64,000 nucleotides of DNA from Podarcis erhardii (GCA_964252035.1 OZ176200.1); one strand, 5' to 3'. Counted from the first letter of the stretch, positions 26,086 through 37,036 are shown. Program-made: numbers and translations. Notes: a model not told the origin generated them from the letters alone.

Positions 26086-29000
26086 TTGGTTGGGGAGGAA
26101 AGGGATACACTTTCCCTTAGAAAACACTGTGGTCTAAAAATCAGAATTGGGGATACCACCATGCCTGTAATTTATTAGGAAAATTCTAAATGTAGCTTCA
26201 TACAATACATTTAGCATATTTTCCATTTGGCCCTAAGGCGAAAGATATGAAACACCACAAGACAGCATGCGCCAAAAACACATTCTAACACACATGTGGG
26301 CTTTTTCACCGGTAGCACCTGTGTTGCAGAATGTGCTTCCTGATGGAATATGAGGCCCCATCAGTATTGGCATTCCACTGGATCTTGTATATACATCTGT
26401 TTAGACAAGGATTCCCCTGATCTCCTAACCTGAACCTCCTGAACTAGTTGCTTTAATTGCTGTTATGCTGTTTTAATGTGTTTGTTTTATTGTACATTGT
26501 AACTACATATTAATTTTTTTGATGAAATCGCTTTACTGAGTATTTTACTTAGGTGTGGATATTTTCCTATGATTGCTTTTACATTTGTGAACTGCTTAGA
26601 AGCCATTTCCACAAGCACCCAGTATATGAATAAAACCAAACAGGTCAGCAACAGCAACAATATTGCACACATATTTCTCTTCTCCAACAGAGGGGATTAG
26701 CTTGGGAATTTAGAAAGAACAACAAAGCGGGCGCGGCTGCTCCCAGCATTTGCCACTGAGGTGGTTGCCTCACTTTGCCTAATGGTAGAGCCAGCCCCAG
26801 TAGTATAGGCTGCAATCCTACACACACTTCCCTAGAGGTAAACTCCACAGTGGAATTTACTTCTGAGTACACACATATAGAAGTGAACTGAGATCCACGG
26901 GGATTAAAAGAAGAAGAAACATATTGCAGAGTAAAGGTGGTTGGTTTTAAAGTTTGAGCAAAGCTGTGGGTATATTTTCAGGGATTTACACACAAAACAT
27001 GAAGGCTTATAAGCCAGCTTGCTTTAAAAATATGGTGGTTCCTCAGGCTTTTCATGAAGCCACCAAATTCAGCTGGAAATATCCTGATTCCATTGTTTGA
27101 TATCCCTTATTATACTTCAATATGCTTGTGTAGTCAGAGGTGCAGCTGCCCTAAATCCACCACAAATGGATGCAGACTTCATCTACAACATTGTTTCTTT
27201 GCAGAGAAAAGCTGGAAATACTGTATAGTGCTGCGACTTAAGGCCTCATTTCTTTTCTTTTCATAACTCCATAAAGTTTGCACAAAGAACAAATTTCCCC
27301 TAAGGAGGCAGGTGACGACACAGATGAAATGAGAAGTCACATCACTTGGCAAATTTTAAATTAGACTAGAAAGGCAGTCAAACAATCCTGGCCGGAAAGA
27401 GACAGACTAGATGAACTAATTGGTCATTTCCATCCCTCACTCCTCTTCTGCTTGTTATTAATGTGCCCAAAGCCTTAGCTCATCACAATACATCATGGAA
27501 AAAATACCTGAGACATCAAGGCAATTTATACACTTAATTGTCCAATATTCCCTTAAATGTAAAATCAATTTTGATCTGCAATTTACAAATGAATTGATTT
27601 TGCATAGCAGACAGTCATTATTTATTAATATCCACCGACCTTGTAGTAAAGTTATAGTAAACAAAGCAATGCTCACACATCACCTAAGATTATTTTTCAC
27701 ATATTTAACCATAATTTTGCAATAGGAACACAGTTTTGTGCAGGGATGCGAACATTTTAAAGCCCACTGATATCAATGTGACTTAGCACTATGCTGGGTT
27801 GCTCTTTAGGGCACTTTCCAAGATGCTATGTGTTCAGTGCACAGGTGAGCCAAAAGCATATATTGTTAACTTCTGACAACTGCAAGTGGGAGGAGAAAAG
27901 GATAGAGAACTGGGACTCTATATGTAATATTTCTCACTTGGTTAGGGCATATGGTGTAGTGTACTACTGTTCCACTGTCATCCATAAAGATTAGCAATCA
28001 CACTGGGTGAAGTTGATCGCTGTAAAGCTATTTACCCCAGTAAAATGATATGTACACAGTGCTTTTCAAAATGTATCATTTCTCTCTCCTGTGAATATAA
28101 AGATCCTGCTTGGAGAATCGGAATAATTGATCCAAGCATTTCATGGTTTGGTGAGTGTGTTTTTTTACACTTTGAATACAGCATACTCCCTGTAGGTAAA
28201 TGGGGAAAGGCGCATTCGAAATAAGAACACATACTTATTTCCCTCCAAGTACTTTTTGCTCTACACCCACACACTGCTTCTGGTACATATTTTCTTCCCT
28301 GCTCAGCTTCACTGCTAGTACAAACCTCTGATTTATCTTTCATATCTCCTTTAACGTTTTTAAATGGGGGGAAAAATCACATTCAGATATAACGACAGCT
28401 TTTATGCACACTGGGCACTATGGTCTTGATAGGAGAAAATAATGAATGCAATCACTCTCTTTCCTGCCTCTACTTTTTCTTTTCTTTTCATCTTTAGGAA
28501 TTACATACATTAGTGTTTTTTCTAATGCATTCTCCATAAACCAAGACTTCTGCTGGGGTAAGCAGATAAGTGCTTGACAATGAGTTCATCATCCCAATTT
28601 TTGTTATTTCATATGCCCACTCTTTCACAAAACTGTGCTCGATGTGTCTCACAACATCTCGAATAGCTTACAGCTGAAAATGATTAGAAGCAATTATAAA
28701 TACTATCAACAAATACCCCAAAAGCCCACCAATATATACAACACATTCTATATAAAACAATGCAAATAAGCAAACCAAACTTAACAGCTTCAGTTCCATG
28801 ATAAGCAAGCCTAATGAGTTAATGATATTGCCATGACTTCCTATCAAGGCTTATGGTAGGTGGTTGAGTGCTTACAGGCACCTGCGCACAATCAGCATTT
28901 GCGCTCCCACTGATACACATGCCAAAAGGGGGGGGGGCGGAACGGGTCAGAGGTGGAGTAGAATGGAGGAATCCCCATTTGTGTGTGTCCAACCCAGAAC

Positions 29001-29347
29001 ACAAGGATTCCCTTGTACTTTGCTGTGAAACTTTCAAATACTTTCCAACCTCCAAACATATGCCCCCATAGGAAGTCATTACACAGTTATTCATATCTAA
29101 ACATCCCACCCTTAATTAAAAGTCCCAGGGTGGGGGCTTTTGCAACACTAAAACAATCCATAAATGTATGCTTCAAAGTGTGCCTCTCAAAACAAATTGC
29201 TGGGGATCACAAGTAGGGAGTGTGCAGACACTCTCAAGTCCTGCTTGTGGGCTTTTCACAGCATCTAGCTGGCCACTGTGAGAACAGGTGCCTGGACTAG
29301 ATAGGCCTTTGGCTTGATTCAACAGGGCTCTTTTTATGTTTTTATAT

Positions 29348-29483
29348 CAATGATGGCGAAACTTGGCCCTCCAGCTGTTTTGGGACTACAATTCCCATCA
29401 TCCCTGACCACTGGTCCTGTTAGCTAGGGATGATGGGAGTTGTAGTCCCAAATCAGCTGAAGGGCCAAGTTTGGCCATCACTG
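29348..29483. mobile_element. hAT-type palindromic MITE
   Basis: Near-palindromic ends caatgatggcgaaacttggccc / gggccaagtttggccatcactg, internal ggactacaattcccatca / tgatgggagttgtagtcc, and an 8-bp flank ttttatat versus tcttatat (7/8). Confidence 0.85.
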
Positions 29484-30570
29484 TCTTATATGAATGTGAT
29501 GGCAACCTGACTCATACCCGTGGGTCTAAAATCACAATAAGGAATTTTGTCCTCAGATCCTTCAAGCTATATTTTTAAGAAAACAATGACAGAATATTAA
29601 AAAAAATATCCCTGGGTATACTGTATGCCAATTTAAATACTTGCCTTTTTAAGGCAAAAGGTAAAGTGACAACATATTTCACCATAAAGAAGTGTGACCG
29701 TGCTTATTTACATTGGTGTGCATCCCATGAAGCCCAGAAAACACACCACTGTCACAGGTTACTGAAAACAAAATGCCTGCAGTTTACTGATAGCAAATGG
29801 TGTGTATTAGAAAATAAATTTTCTTTTGATCTGAGTAAAAGAAAATAGCAAATATTTTACTTACTGCCAGGGAAATTCAAATAGTGAGCTACTCTTTTAA
29901 AGTAGGCTATTTTTGTGGTACGTGCTTTTATTTTTATGCCCATCAGCAGCAGCTTTGATGTCTGTTCAAAGAGCTAGTGAGCAAGTGATAATATGGTTCT
30001 TCCTGCCCACTTCGTATGCTAGAAGAGAGGAGGTATGGAAACATCCCATGTTCCAAGGTATAGAAAGAAAATCTCTGCTATCAGTGGAATGGGATTATCA
30101 TATTTTTAAAAATAAAATCTTGTTATAAGATCTCATCATTGAAACAAACACCAATGTTAATAGCAGATGGCGTGGTGGGACACGGGTGTTTACCTGACCT
30201 CCCAGTAGGTTAACTACTGCTGATTACTGGGAAAGAATGGGGCACAGAGGTGGGGGTGGGGGTAGCACAGTGTGAAAATGAATCAGAAGAGACAATCCCT
30301 GCACCACAGCCCTTCCCTACTTTCTTCTGGTGAACAGCAGTGATTCACAGGCCAGGAAGTCAGGTACGTTTATCTGCCCCACCATGCTGCCCACTACTGA
30401 CCTACATGTGAACTAACTGGACAAAATAAAGGATCTCAGCTGTCATTACTGGTATCGTTAAGATCACCATCTACGAAGTTTTCTAACTTCCATATTGAAG
30501 TCCACAATACAACCTGCTGCTCTCACCTTTAAACCCTTACTCGATTCAGAACATAGGATTTTTTTTTAAT

Positions 30571-30593
30571 CATTTTGGAGAACTTTTGATATA
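30571..30593. repeat. TSD of L1 copy A (left copy; right copy 36299-36321)
   Basis: cattttggagaacttttgatata versus cattttggagaacttttgagata, 22/23 identical. Confidence 0.9.
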
Positions 30594-31512
30594 TTTTTTT
30601 TATTAATTTTTTAAGAAAGTTTTTCTTTTACAAATTATTTGAACACAATCATATTCCATATGTTACAGGTTTTTGACTTCCCCCCGCTCCCCCCGCAATC
30701 CTCATACTTTTATATTTATTCCGCATTTCCTTTATAATTATATTGCCAGTTTATAAATCTTTACAGAGTCATACATGCAGCTCTTTTCCCTTTTACAATA
30801 CCCTTTCTCATTCACAAAGCCTCTTTAAATCCAACTAGCATTGTCTGCTCATCACAAATATTTTCCAGATAAATCGTAAACTTTCTCCAGTCCTGAGTGA
30901 ACTTGTGGTCTTTCTGATATCTAATTTTCCCTGTCAATTTATCTAGTTCAGCAAAGTCCATCAGTTTCCGCCTCCATTCTTCCAGTGTCGGTAGTTCCTC
31001 TTGTTTCCATTTTTGGGCCATTAAAATTCTTGCCGCAGTCACTGCATATTGAAAAAGTTTATAATCACTTCTATTAATTTCTCTTCCTGTAATTCCTAAC
31101 AAAAAGGCTTCTGGTTTCTTCACAAACGTATATTTAAACATCTTTTTCAGTTCATTATATATCATTTCCCAGAAACCCTTTACTTTCTTGCACTCCCACC
31201 ACATATGGTAAAACGACCCTTCCCTTTCTTTACATTTCCAACATTTATTACATGTTTTATACATTTTTGCAAGTTAACAGGAGTGATATACCATTTTCAT
31301 AATGTTTTCCTTTATCGTCATACATGCAGTGAATTTCATATTTTCTTTCCATACTTTCTCCCAGTCTGCTAATTATATATTATAACCAAAGTCTCTGGCC
31401 CAATGTATCATAACCGATTTAACTTCTTCGTCCTTTGTTTGCCATTCCAATAGCATTTTATACATTTTTGACAATACCTTATAATCGTTATTTATTATCT
31501 CTTTTTGAAATC

Positions 31513-31529
31513 TAGACTCTCCTTCAATA
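31513..31529. repeat. TSD of L1 copy B (left copy; right copy 36088-36104)
   Basis: tagactctccttcaata, 17/17 identical. Confidence 0.95.
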
Positions 31530-33232
31530 ATTGTTTCCAGAGATATTTTAAACAACTGTATGCACAAGGGCCACAGAATGAAATTAAAATTGAGAAATTT
31601 TTGGAAACATATGGATTACAAAAAATATCACAAGAGAATAAATTAATATTGAATGATAAAATTTCTGAACCGGAGGTTGAAGGTGCCATTAAGAATTTGC
31701 AACTAGGCAAGTCTCCAGGCCCGGATGGGCTAACCTCCAAATATTACAAAGACATGAAAGACTACTTAATTCAACCTTTAATGGAGGTTTGCAATGAAAT
31801 TATGGAAGGGAAAAGAGCGCCGGAGTCGTGGAAAGAAGCTTACATCACGCTTATACCAAAAAATGAGCTAGAAAAGACACAACTTAAGAACTACCGCTCC
31901 ATATCCCTACTCAATGTGGATTATAAAATTGTTGCTGATATTTTGGCTAAAAGATTGGAAAAAAATTTAGTAACAATGATACATAAAGACCAAGCTGGCT
32001 TTCTCCCAGGCAGGCATTTGTCAAATAATACAAGAAATTTAATTGACATCTTGGAAAAATTACAAGTTAATATTAATACAAAAGCGGTTTGGATATTTAT
32101 TGATGCGGAGAAAGCCTTTGACAATATTTCTTGGAGCTTTATGAGGAAAAATTTGCAAGGGATGGGGGTTGGAGATAGGTTTGGAAACGGTATAGGTTCG
32201 ATTTATTCAGAACAAAAGGCAAAATTAATAGTGAACAATGTAGTTACAGAAGAAGTTAAGATTGAGAAAGGTACACGACAAGGCTGCCCAATTTCCCCTT
32301 TGCTTTTTATCTCAGTCCTGGAGGTTTTGCTGAACATGATTAGAAGGGACCAACAGATTCAGGGTATACAGGTCAGAGTTAAACACTATAAACTTAAAGC
32401 TTTCGCAGATGACCTAGTACTGACATTACAGGAGCCAATCCCTAGCTCTAAAAGAGCTTTGGAGATAATACAAGAATTTGGTCAGGTGGCAGGTTTCAAA
32501 TTGAACAAATCTAAAACTATGGTTTTAGAGAAAAATTTAACAACAGCAGAGAAGGAAAGGTTTCAGGAAGAAACAGGTTTAACATTGGTGAAAAAAGTGA
32601 AATACCTAGGGGTGAACTTGACTTCGAAGAATGTAAATCTATTTAAAGACAACTATGAGAAGTGTTGGTCAGAAGTGAAAAAAGATCTTGAAATTTGGAC
32701 AAATTTGAAGCTTTCCTTACTGGGTAGAATTGCTGTTATTAAAATGAATGTATTGCCAAGAATGTTGTTTCTGTTTCAGACGTTACAAATCATTGACAAA
32801 ATGGACTGCTTCGAGAAGTGGCAAAAAGAAATTTCTAGATTTGTCTGGCAGGGCAAAAAGCCCAGAATAAAATATAAAATTCTTACTGATGCAAAGGAAA
32901 GAGGGGGGTTTGCCCTGCCGGACTTTAAGTTATATTATGAAGCAGCAGCTTTCTGCTGGTTGAAGGATTGGCTACTTCTTGAAGACACGGACATTTTGGA
33001 TTTGGAAGGATATGATAATGTTTTTGGGTGGCATGCATATCTGTGGTACGGTAAGGCTAAAGTGTATAAAGCATTTAAAAACCATATTGTCAGGAAAGCA
33101 TTGTTTAATGTCTGGATGAAATATAAAGATTTATTGGAAAATAAAACTCCAAGGTGGCTTTCACCTATGGAAGCAAAGGCCCTGAAAAAGCTTAACATGG
33201 AATCTAACTGGCCAAAATATTGGGAAATTCTG
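31529..33232 (+). pseudogene. L1 ORF2 remnant, reverse transcriptase domain (part 1 of copy B ORF2, 568 codons)
   Basis: Open frame with non-LTR RT motifs GKSPGPDG, YRSISLLNVDYKI, DQAGFLPGR, DAEKAFDNISW, GTRQGCPISPLLF, AFADDLV (catalytic xADD) and KYLGV. The endonuclease domain is absent because of the 5' truncation. Confidence 0.95.
33213..33232. repeat. TSD of element C (left copy; right copy 34908-34927)
   Basis: caaaatattgggaaattctg, 20/20 identical. Confidence 0.95.
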
Positions 33233-34907
33233 TTTTGTTTTGTTTTTGAATAATATTTATTAAAGTTTTCCAATTAATTACAAATTAATAAAACATCCAA
33301 TTTCAAATCTTTTTCCAATTACATCCTTTCAGGACTTCCCCTTCCCTCCCCCCCTTGTATTCCAAATCTCTCAAATGATCTCAACAAGTTCTTCTCCTCA
33401 ATTCAGACTTGTTATCCTTAACCCATTTTTTTTTTAAAAAAAAAACAACAACATTATTTTCCATTCCCCTAAAATCGGCTTATTCCCACCACGAGTTCCC
33501 CACTTTAGAATACCATGTAGATGTATATAGCCTAAATAAAACATAGTTTACGCCCTTTGGATTCCACATTTCCCACCCCCCCTTTTCCCGGTTGCGTTCC
33601 CAATGTTCCTCAATGTCCGATATTTCCACGTCTCTCTAAGTCATAGTCCTTTGCCAGTCCTCTTTAGTTTCGAATGTCCAATCATGGAAGGATTCTGTCT
33701 CAAAGAAAGGCCCATTTTTTCCATCCAGATTTTTATATCCAGGAGTGAAAAACTCCAAATTATAATCCTTAAGCTTGTCAAATCTGGATGTCCCAAACGT
33801 CCCCACTTTTGACTTGGTCCAATTCTTGTTATTTTGTTGTTCTTATTGATCACACTCCTCTTTCTATTTCTTTCTGTCCCTGTTTTCCTGCACAAATGTC
33901 CTAATTCCAAAAGTTAGTTCCTTTACAGAGGCTTGTTATTCAGAAACAAAACATTACGTCAAGTTCCTTTCATTCCACAACAGATGATTCCATTGTCTTC
34001 TTCGGTGTAATGGCCTCTGTAGTCATAATAATGTTCCATTTCTGCAGTTTCCCAGGAGATAAACAGTTCTGTTCCAATTTCCAGCTAAAACCACTTGTAA
34101 TATCCCTCGGCTCCTCTAGGTGGATTGCAAAAACTGAGTTCTCTTCCAGATCGCGTCCATTAGCCCTAGTAACTTTATAATCCTTATTTAAAACAATTTG
34201 TATCCAATTTATAACAAATATAACCAGCAAAGTCCTTGTAACATAGTCTCTATCTTATTTTCCGCTTTGACAGCTCTTTGACAGCTGTCAAAACTTGCCT
34301 TTCTCCTCTCCAAACTCCGTCATCGATCGCTCCCGGGGTTCCAGGGGGGTTGTTTTTAAGTCCGAATTCTACTTTCCTCCTCCAGCTCAATCTCATATTC
34401 TTCACTCGTGAGGTTAAAAACTTGCCAAAATGATGTTACTCCGATCTTAGTTATCAGATCCTTTGCTTTGACCCTTCTACAATGGAGGGGGTGGCTGACT
34501 TCCTTTTTTGCGCCTCCCCCGCTCGCTCCGAAATTTTTAAAATTTTTGTCCCTCTTTTTAGTCCAAGTTCCAATTACTTACGGGTTGTTCTTTTAGGTCC
34601 GAATTTTCAAAGGAAAAAGCCAGCGCTCTCCGCCGAATGGCATGCGGCTTCGCACGGCAGGGATAGCAGAGGACTCAAAACACCACGCTTCTCCCCGGCA
34701 CCCGATCCGTAGCCTTTAAAAAGGCTCCTTCACGAGTCGGGAGGGCGCTAACGGTGTCAGCCGAGTCTCCATGTCCACGGCCCCCGTGGCCGTGGTTTTT
34801 AAGGGTCCCGCATCGCCGGTGCGGTAGGACCCAGCCCCTGCCGTGCAGGCTCCCTCCGGAGCTCGGAGGGAGTCCGCCATTCAGCGATGGCGCCGACCCG
34901 GAAGTCT
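33233..34907 (-). mobile_element. Complete 1675-bp non-autonomous L1-dependent retroelement (element C)
   Basis: Perfect 20-bp TSD. The 5' end AGACTTCCGGGTCGGCGCCAT... is GC/CpG-rich. The 3' end has a G-run plus GGAAGTC, AATAAA and an A-rich tail (33233-33247). No ORF with RT, EN or ORF1 similarity is visible. Confidence 0.88.
34620..34907 (-). promoter_or_regulatory. CpG-rich L1-type internal promoter / 5'UTR of element C
   Basis: The only strongly CpG-dense segment in the window. ETS motif CCGGAAGT at 34898-34905 and YY1-like ATGGCG/CGCCAT cores at 34875-34892. L1 5'UTRs are known internal Pol II promoters; activity here is inferred. Confidence 0.65.
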
Positions 34908-34927
34908 CAAAATATTGGGAAATTCTG

Positions 34928-35755
34928 GAGCAGGAGGGAGACAAAGTGAAATTGCAGAGTTATGAGAAACTTAAGGACAAGGTGCGAGATTGGTTACATT
35001 ACTTTCAAGTAAGAGAGGCCTATCATTTGGATAGGAAAATCGGTTTCCAGGTGGAAAAATCAAAGTTGGAAACAGAATTGTTAGAACCCAATGCTAAGAT
35101 ATTGTCGAGAATGTATAATCTGCTGTTGAAATGGAATACTGAGGATGAAACAGTAAAATCGGCTATGATAAAATGGGCACAAGATGTTGGTCATAATATT
35201 ATGTTTGTTGACTGGGAACAGTTGTGGACCACCGGCATGAAATTTACAGCATGTAATGCCTTAAGAGAGAATATTATGAAAATGATATACAGGTGGTACA
35301 TGACCCCAGTCAAACTTGCAAAAATTTACCACTTGCCCGATAATAAATGTTGGAAATGTAAAGAAACTGAAGGGACATTCTTTCACCTTTGGTGGACGTG
35401 CCCAAGGATTAAGGCTTTCTGGGAGATGATATATAACGAACTGAAAAAGGTATTTAAGTATACCTTCTTGAAGAAACCAGAGGCCTTTCTTCTGGGTATG
35501 GTCGGCCAATTGGTGCCAAAGAAGGATAGAACCTTTTTTATGTATGCTACAGCAGCAGCAAGAGTACTCATTGCAAAGCATTGGAAGACGCAAGATCTAC
35601 CCACCCTGGAAGAATGGCAGATGCAAGTAATAGACTATATGGAACTGGCTGAAATGACCGGCAGAATTCGAGATCAAGGAGAAGAGCAGGTGGAAGAGGA
35701 CTGGAAGAAGTTTAAAGTTTACCTACAAAAATACTGTAAAACCTTTGAATGTTGA
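34928..35755 (+). pseudogene. L1 ORF2 remnant, C-terminal region with CCHC zinc knuckle (part 2 of copy B ORF2, 275 codons plus stop)
   Basis: EQEGDK...CWKCKETEGTFFHLWWTC...KTFEC*. It joins in frame to ...NWPKYWEIL at 33232 once element C and one TSD copy are removed. Confidence 0.95.
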
Positions 35756-37036
35756 GGACTTTGAAAAGGAAAAGAAGGGGTTCTAGTGATTTAGTTAAAT
35801 AAGAGTACAAAGGGAGGGACAAAGAATGAAAATGAATAAAGAATGATCTTGCTGAACTAATTACTACATAGAATACAAGATCGGGAGGCGGGTGGAAGTT
35901 AGGAAAATAAGGTTTTGAAGGTTACAATTGAAAAGTGAGCTTTTATTTTTATGCTAAAATTTCTTTTTTTTTCTTTTTTTGTCTATGTTTTTCATGTTTT
36001 TCTTTCCTTTTTTTGTAATGTCTATGGAAATTTGCTTTTTTTGTGTCATTTTGTGTAAAATGCAATAAAATATTATTTTAAAAAAAATAGACTCTCCTTC
36101 AATATATCTCCTCTCTTTACAATCCTTTTTAAACATTTCATTTGTTTGAAAATAGTGCAACCAATCATATACATATTTTTTAACTTGTTCATATGGCTTC
36201 ATTTTCCATTTCCCCCCTTCTTTAATTACAATATCTCCATAAGTCATCCAGTCCTCTCTCATATTTGTCTTTTTAACACTCATGACCTCCAGTGGGGACA
36301 TTTTGGAGAACTTTTGAGATAAAATTTGTAAACCCCACCCTTGGAGAGTTGCTCCACAACCTGATCCCTTTCCTTCCAGTCTCCCTCTTCCTACTTTCCT
36401 AAACTTGGCAAGCTGTAAGGAGGTTTGGTGGCACTGTCTTAAACTGTAACTTGAGGGACCCATTGCAAAAAAAAAGCTCACTGCTGATAATAAGCATGGT
36501 TACATTACACAAACAGGTCATGTGATACATCTAGCCCCCTGAGGAACCGGTTCCTCATAAATTCCTGACAAATTTAGAGAATAGCCATTCCTACCCCTTC
36601 CCTCTCCCCAACTCACAAACATATGCCCAGTTGCTGAACATTTAATATTTAGCTCACCACTTCACTAGACCAGCCATCAATAAAGTTAGTACAGCGACAC
36701 AGGCAGTGGTAATGGAGTAAGTGGTCATCTGTTTACACACTCAGATTGTATGGAATGAGCCATGAATGCTTAGCAGGTCTTTCTGCAAGCCATTCTCCCT
36801 GGATTGTACCATAGCTTGCACCAGCAGTGGTGTCTGGTGCCGATTCAAACTGGTGGGGTGTAAGATAGGAGGCTAGGAGTAGGTTCAGCCAGAGCCAGTT
36901 TTGGCCCATCCTCCTCCCTGCTGAATTCTACAAGGGCAACCCTGAGACTAAGAAGGAGAAAGCTAACTGGCAATGCCTCTCTCTGGCCCAGTTGTAAGAA
37001 GGCAGGTAGGTGGGGTTGGCTGAAGGCAGACTGAGG

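Larger units (their letters stand above)
31530..36087 (+). mobile_element. L1-clade LINE copy B, 5'-truncated (about 2.86 kb: 31530-33232 plus 34928-36087), interrupted by element C
   Basis: Contains RT motifs and a CCHC knuckle, a 3'UTR, AATAAA at 36064-36069 and an A-tail at 36080-36087. It is flanked by the 17-bp TSD tagactctccttcaata. Confidence 0.97.
30594..36298 (-). mobile_element. L1-clade LINE copy A, 5'-truncated (about 1.13 kb in two pieces: 36105-36298 and 30594-31529), interrupted by copy B
   Basis: The ORF2 C-terminal translation runs SPLEV...DWLHYFQ...IEGES (36298-36088) and continues IEGESRFQKEIINNDYKVLSKMY...CWKCKEREGSFYHMWWEC (CCHC knuckle)...GFKEAL* (stop 30812-30814). AATAAA/poly-A lies at about 30594-30604. 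It is flanked by a 23-bp direct repeat. It carries an in-frame TAA at 31373-31375 and small deletions near 31270-31290. Confidence 0.95.

Noticed and set aside
30594-33232. Twin-priming 5' inversion of a single L1
   Set aside because: The strand switch at about 31530 initially looked like one, but separate TSDs and divergent ORF2 sequences show two independent nested elements.
31505-33253. 582-aa ORF as an intact gene, retron or group II intron RT
   Set aside because: It is a 5'-truncated L1 ORF2. Its first codons come from host L1 A and its last codons (FCFVFE) from element C's tail. There is no bacterial context.
31530-36087. Both nested insertions (including one TSD) have lengths divisible by 3 (1695 and 4575)
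   Set aside because: The probability is about 1 in 9 by chance, and the inserts contain stops, so no reading frame is functionally preserved.
35954-36481. 175-aa minus-strand ORF as a gene
   Set aside because: It is a chimera of unique flank, about 70 codons of L1 A ORF2 and the antisense T-rich 3'UTR of L1 B.
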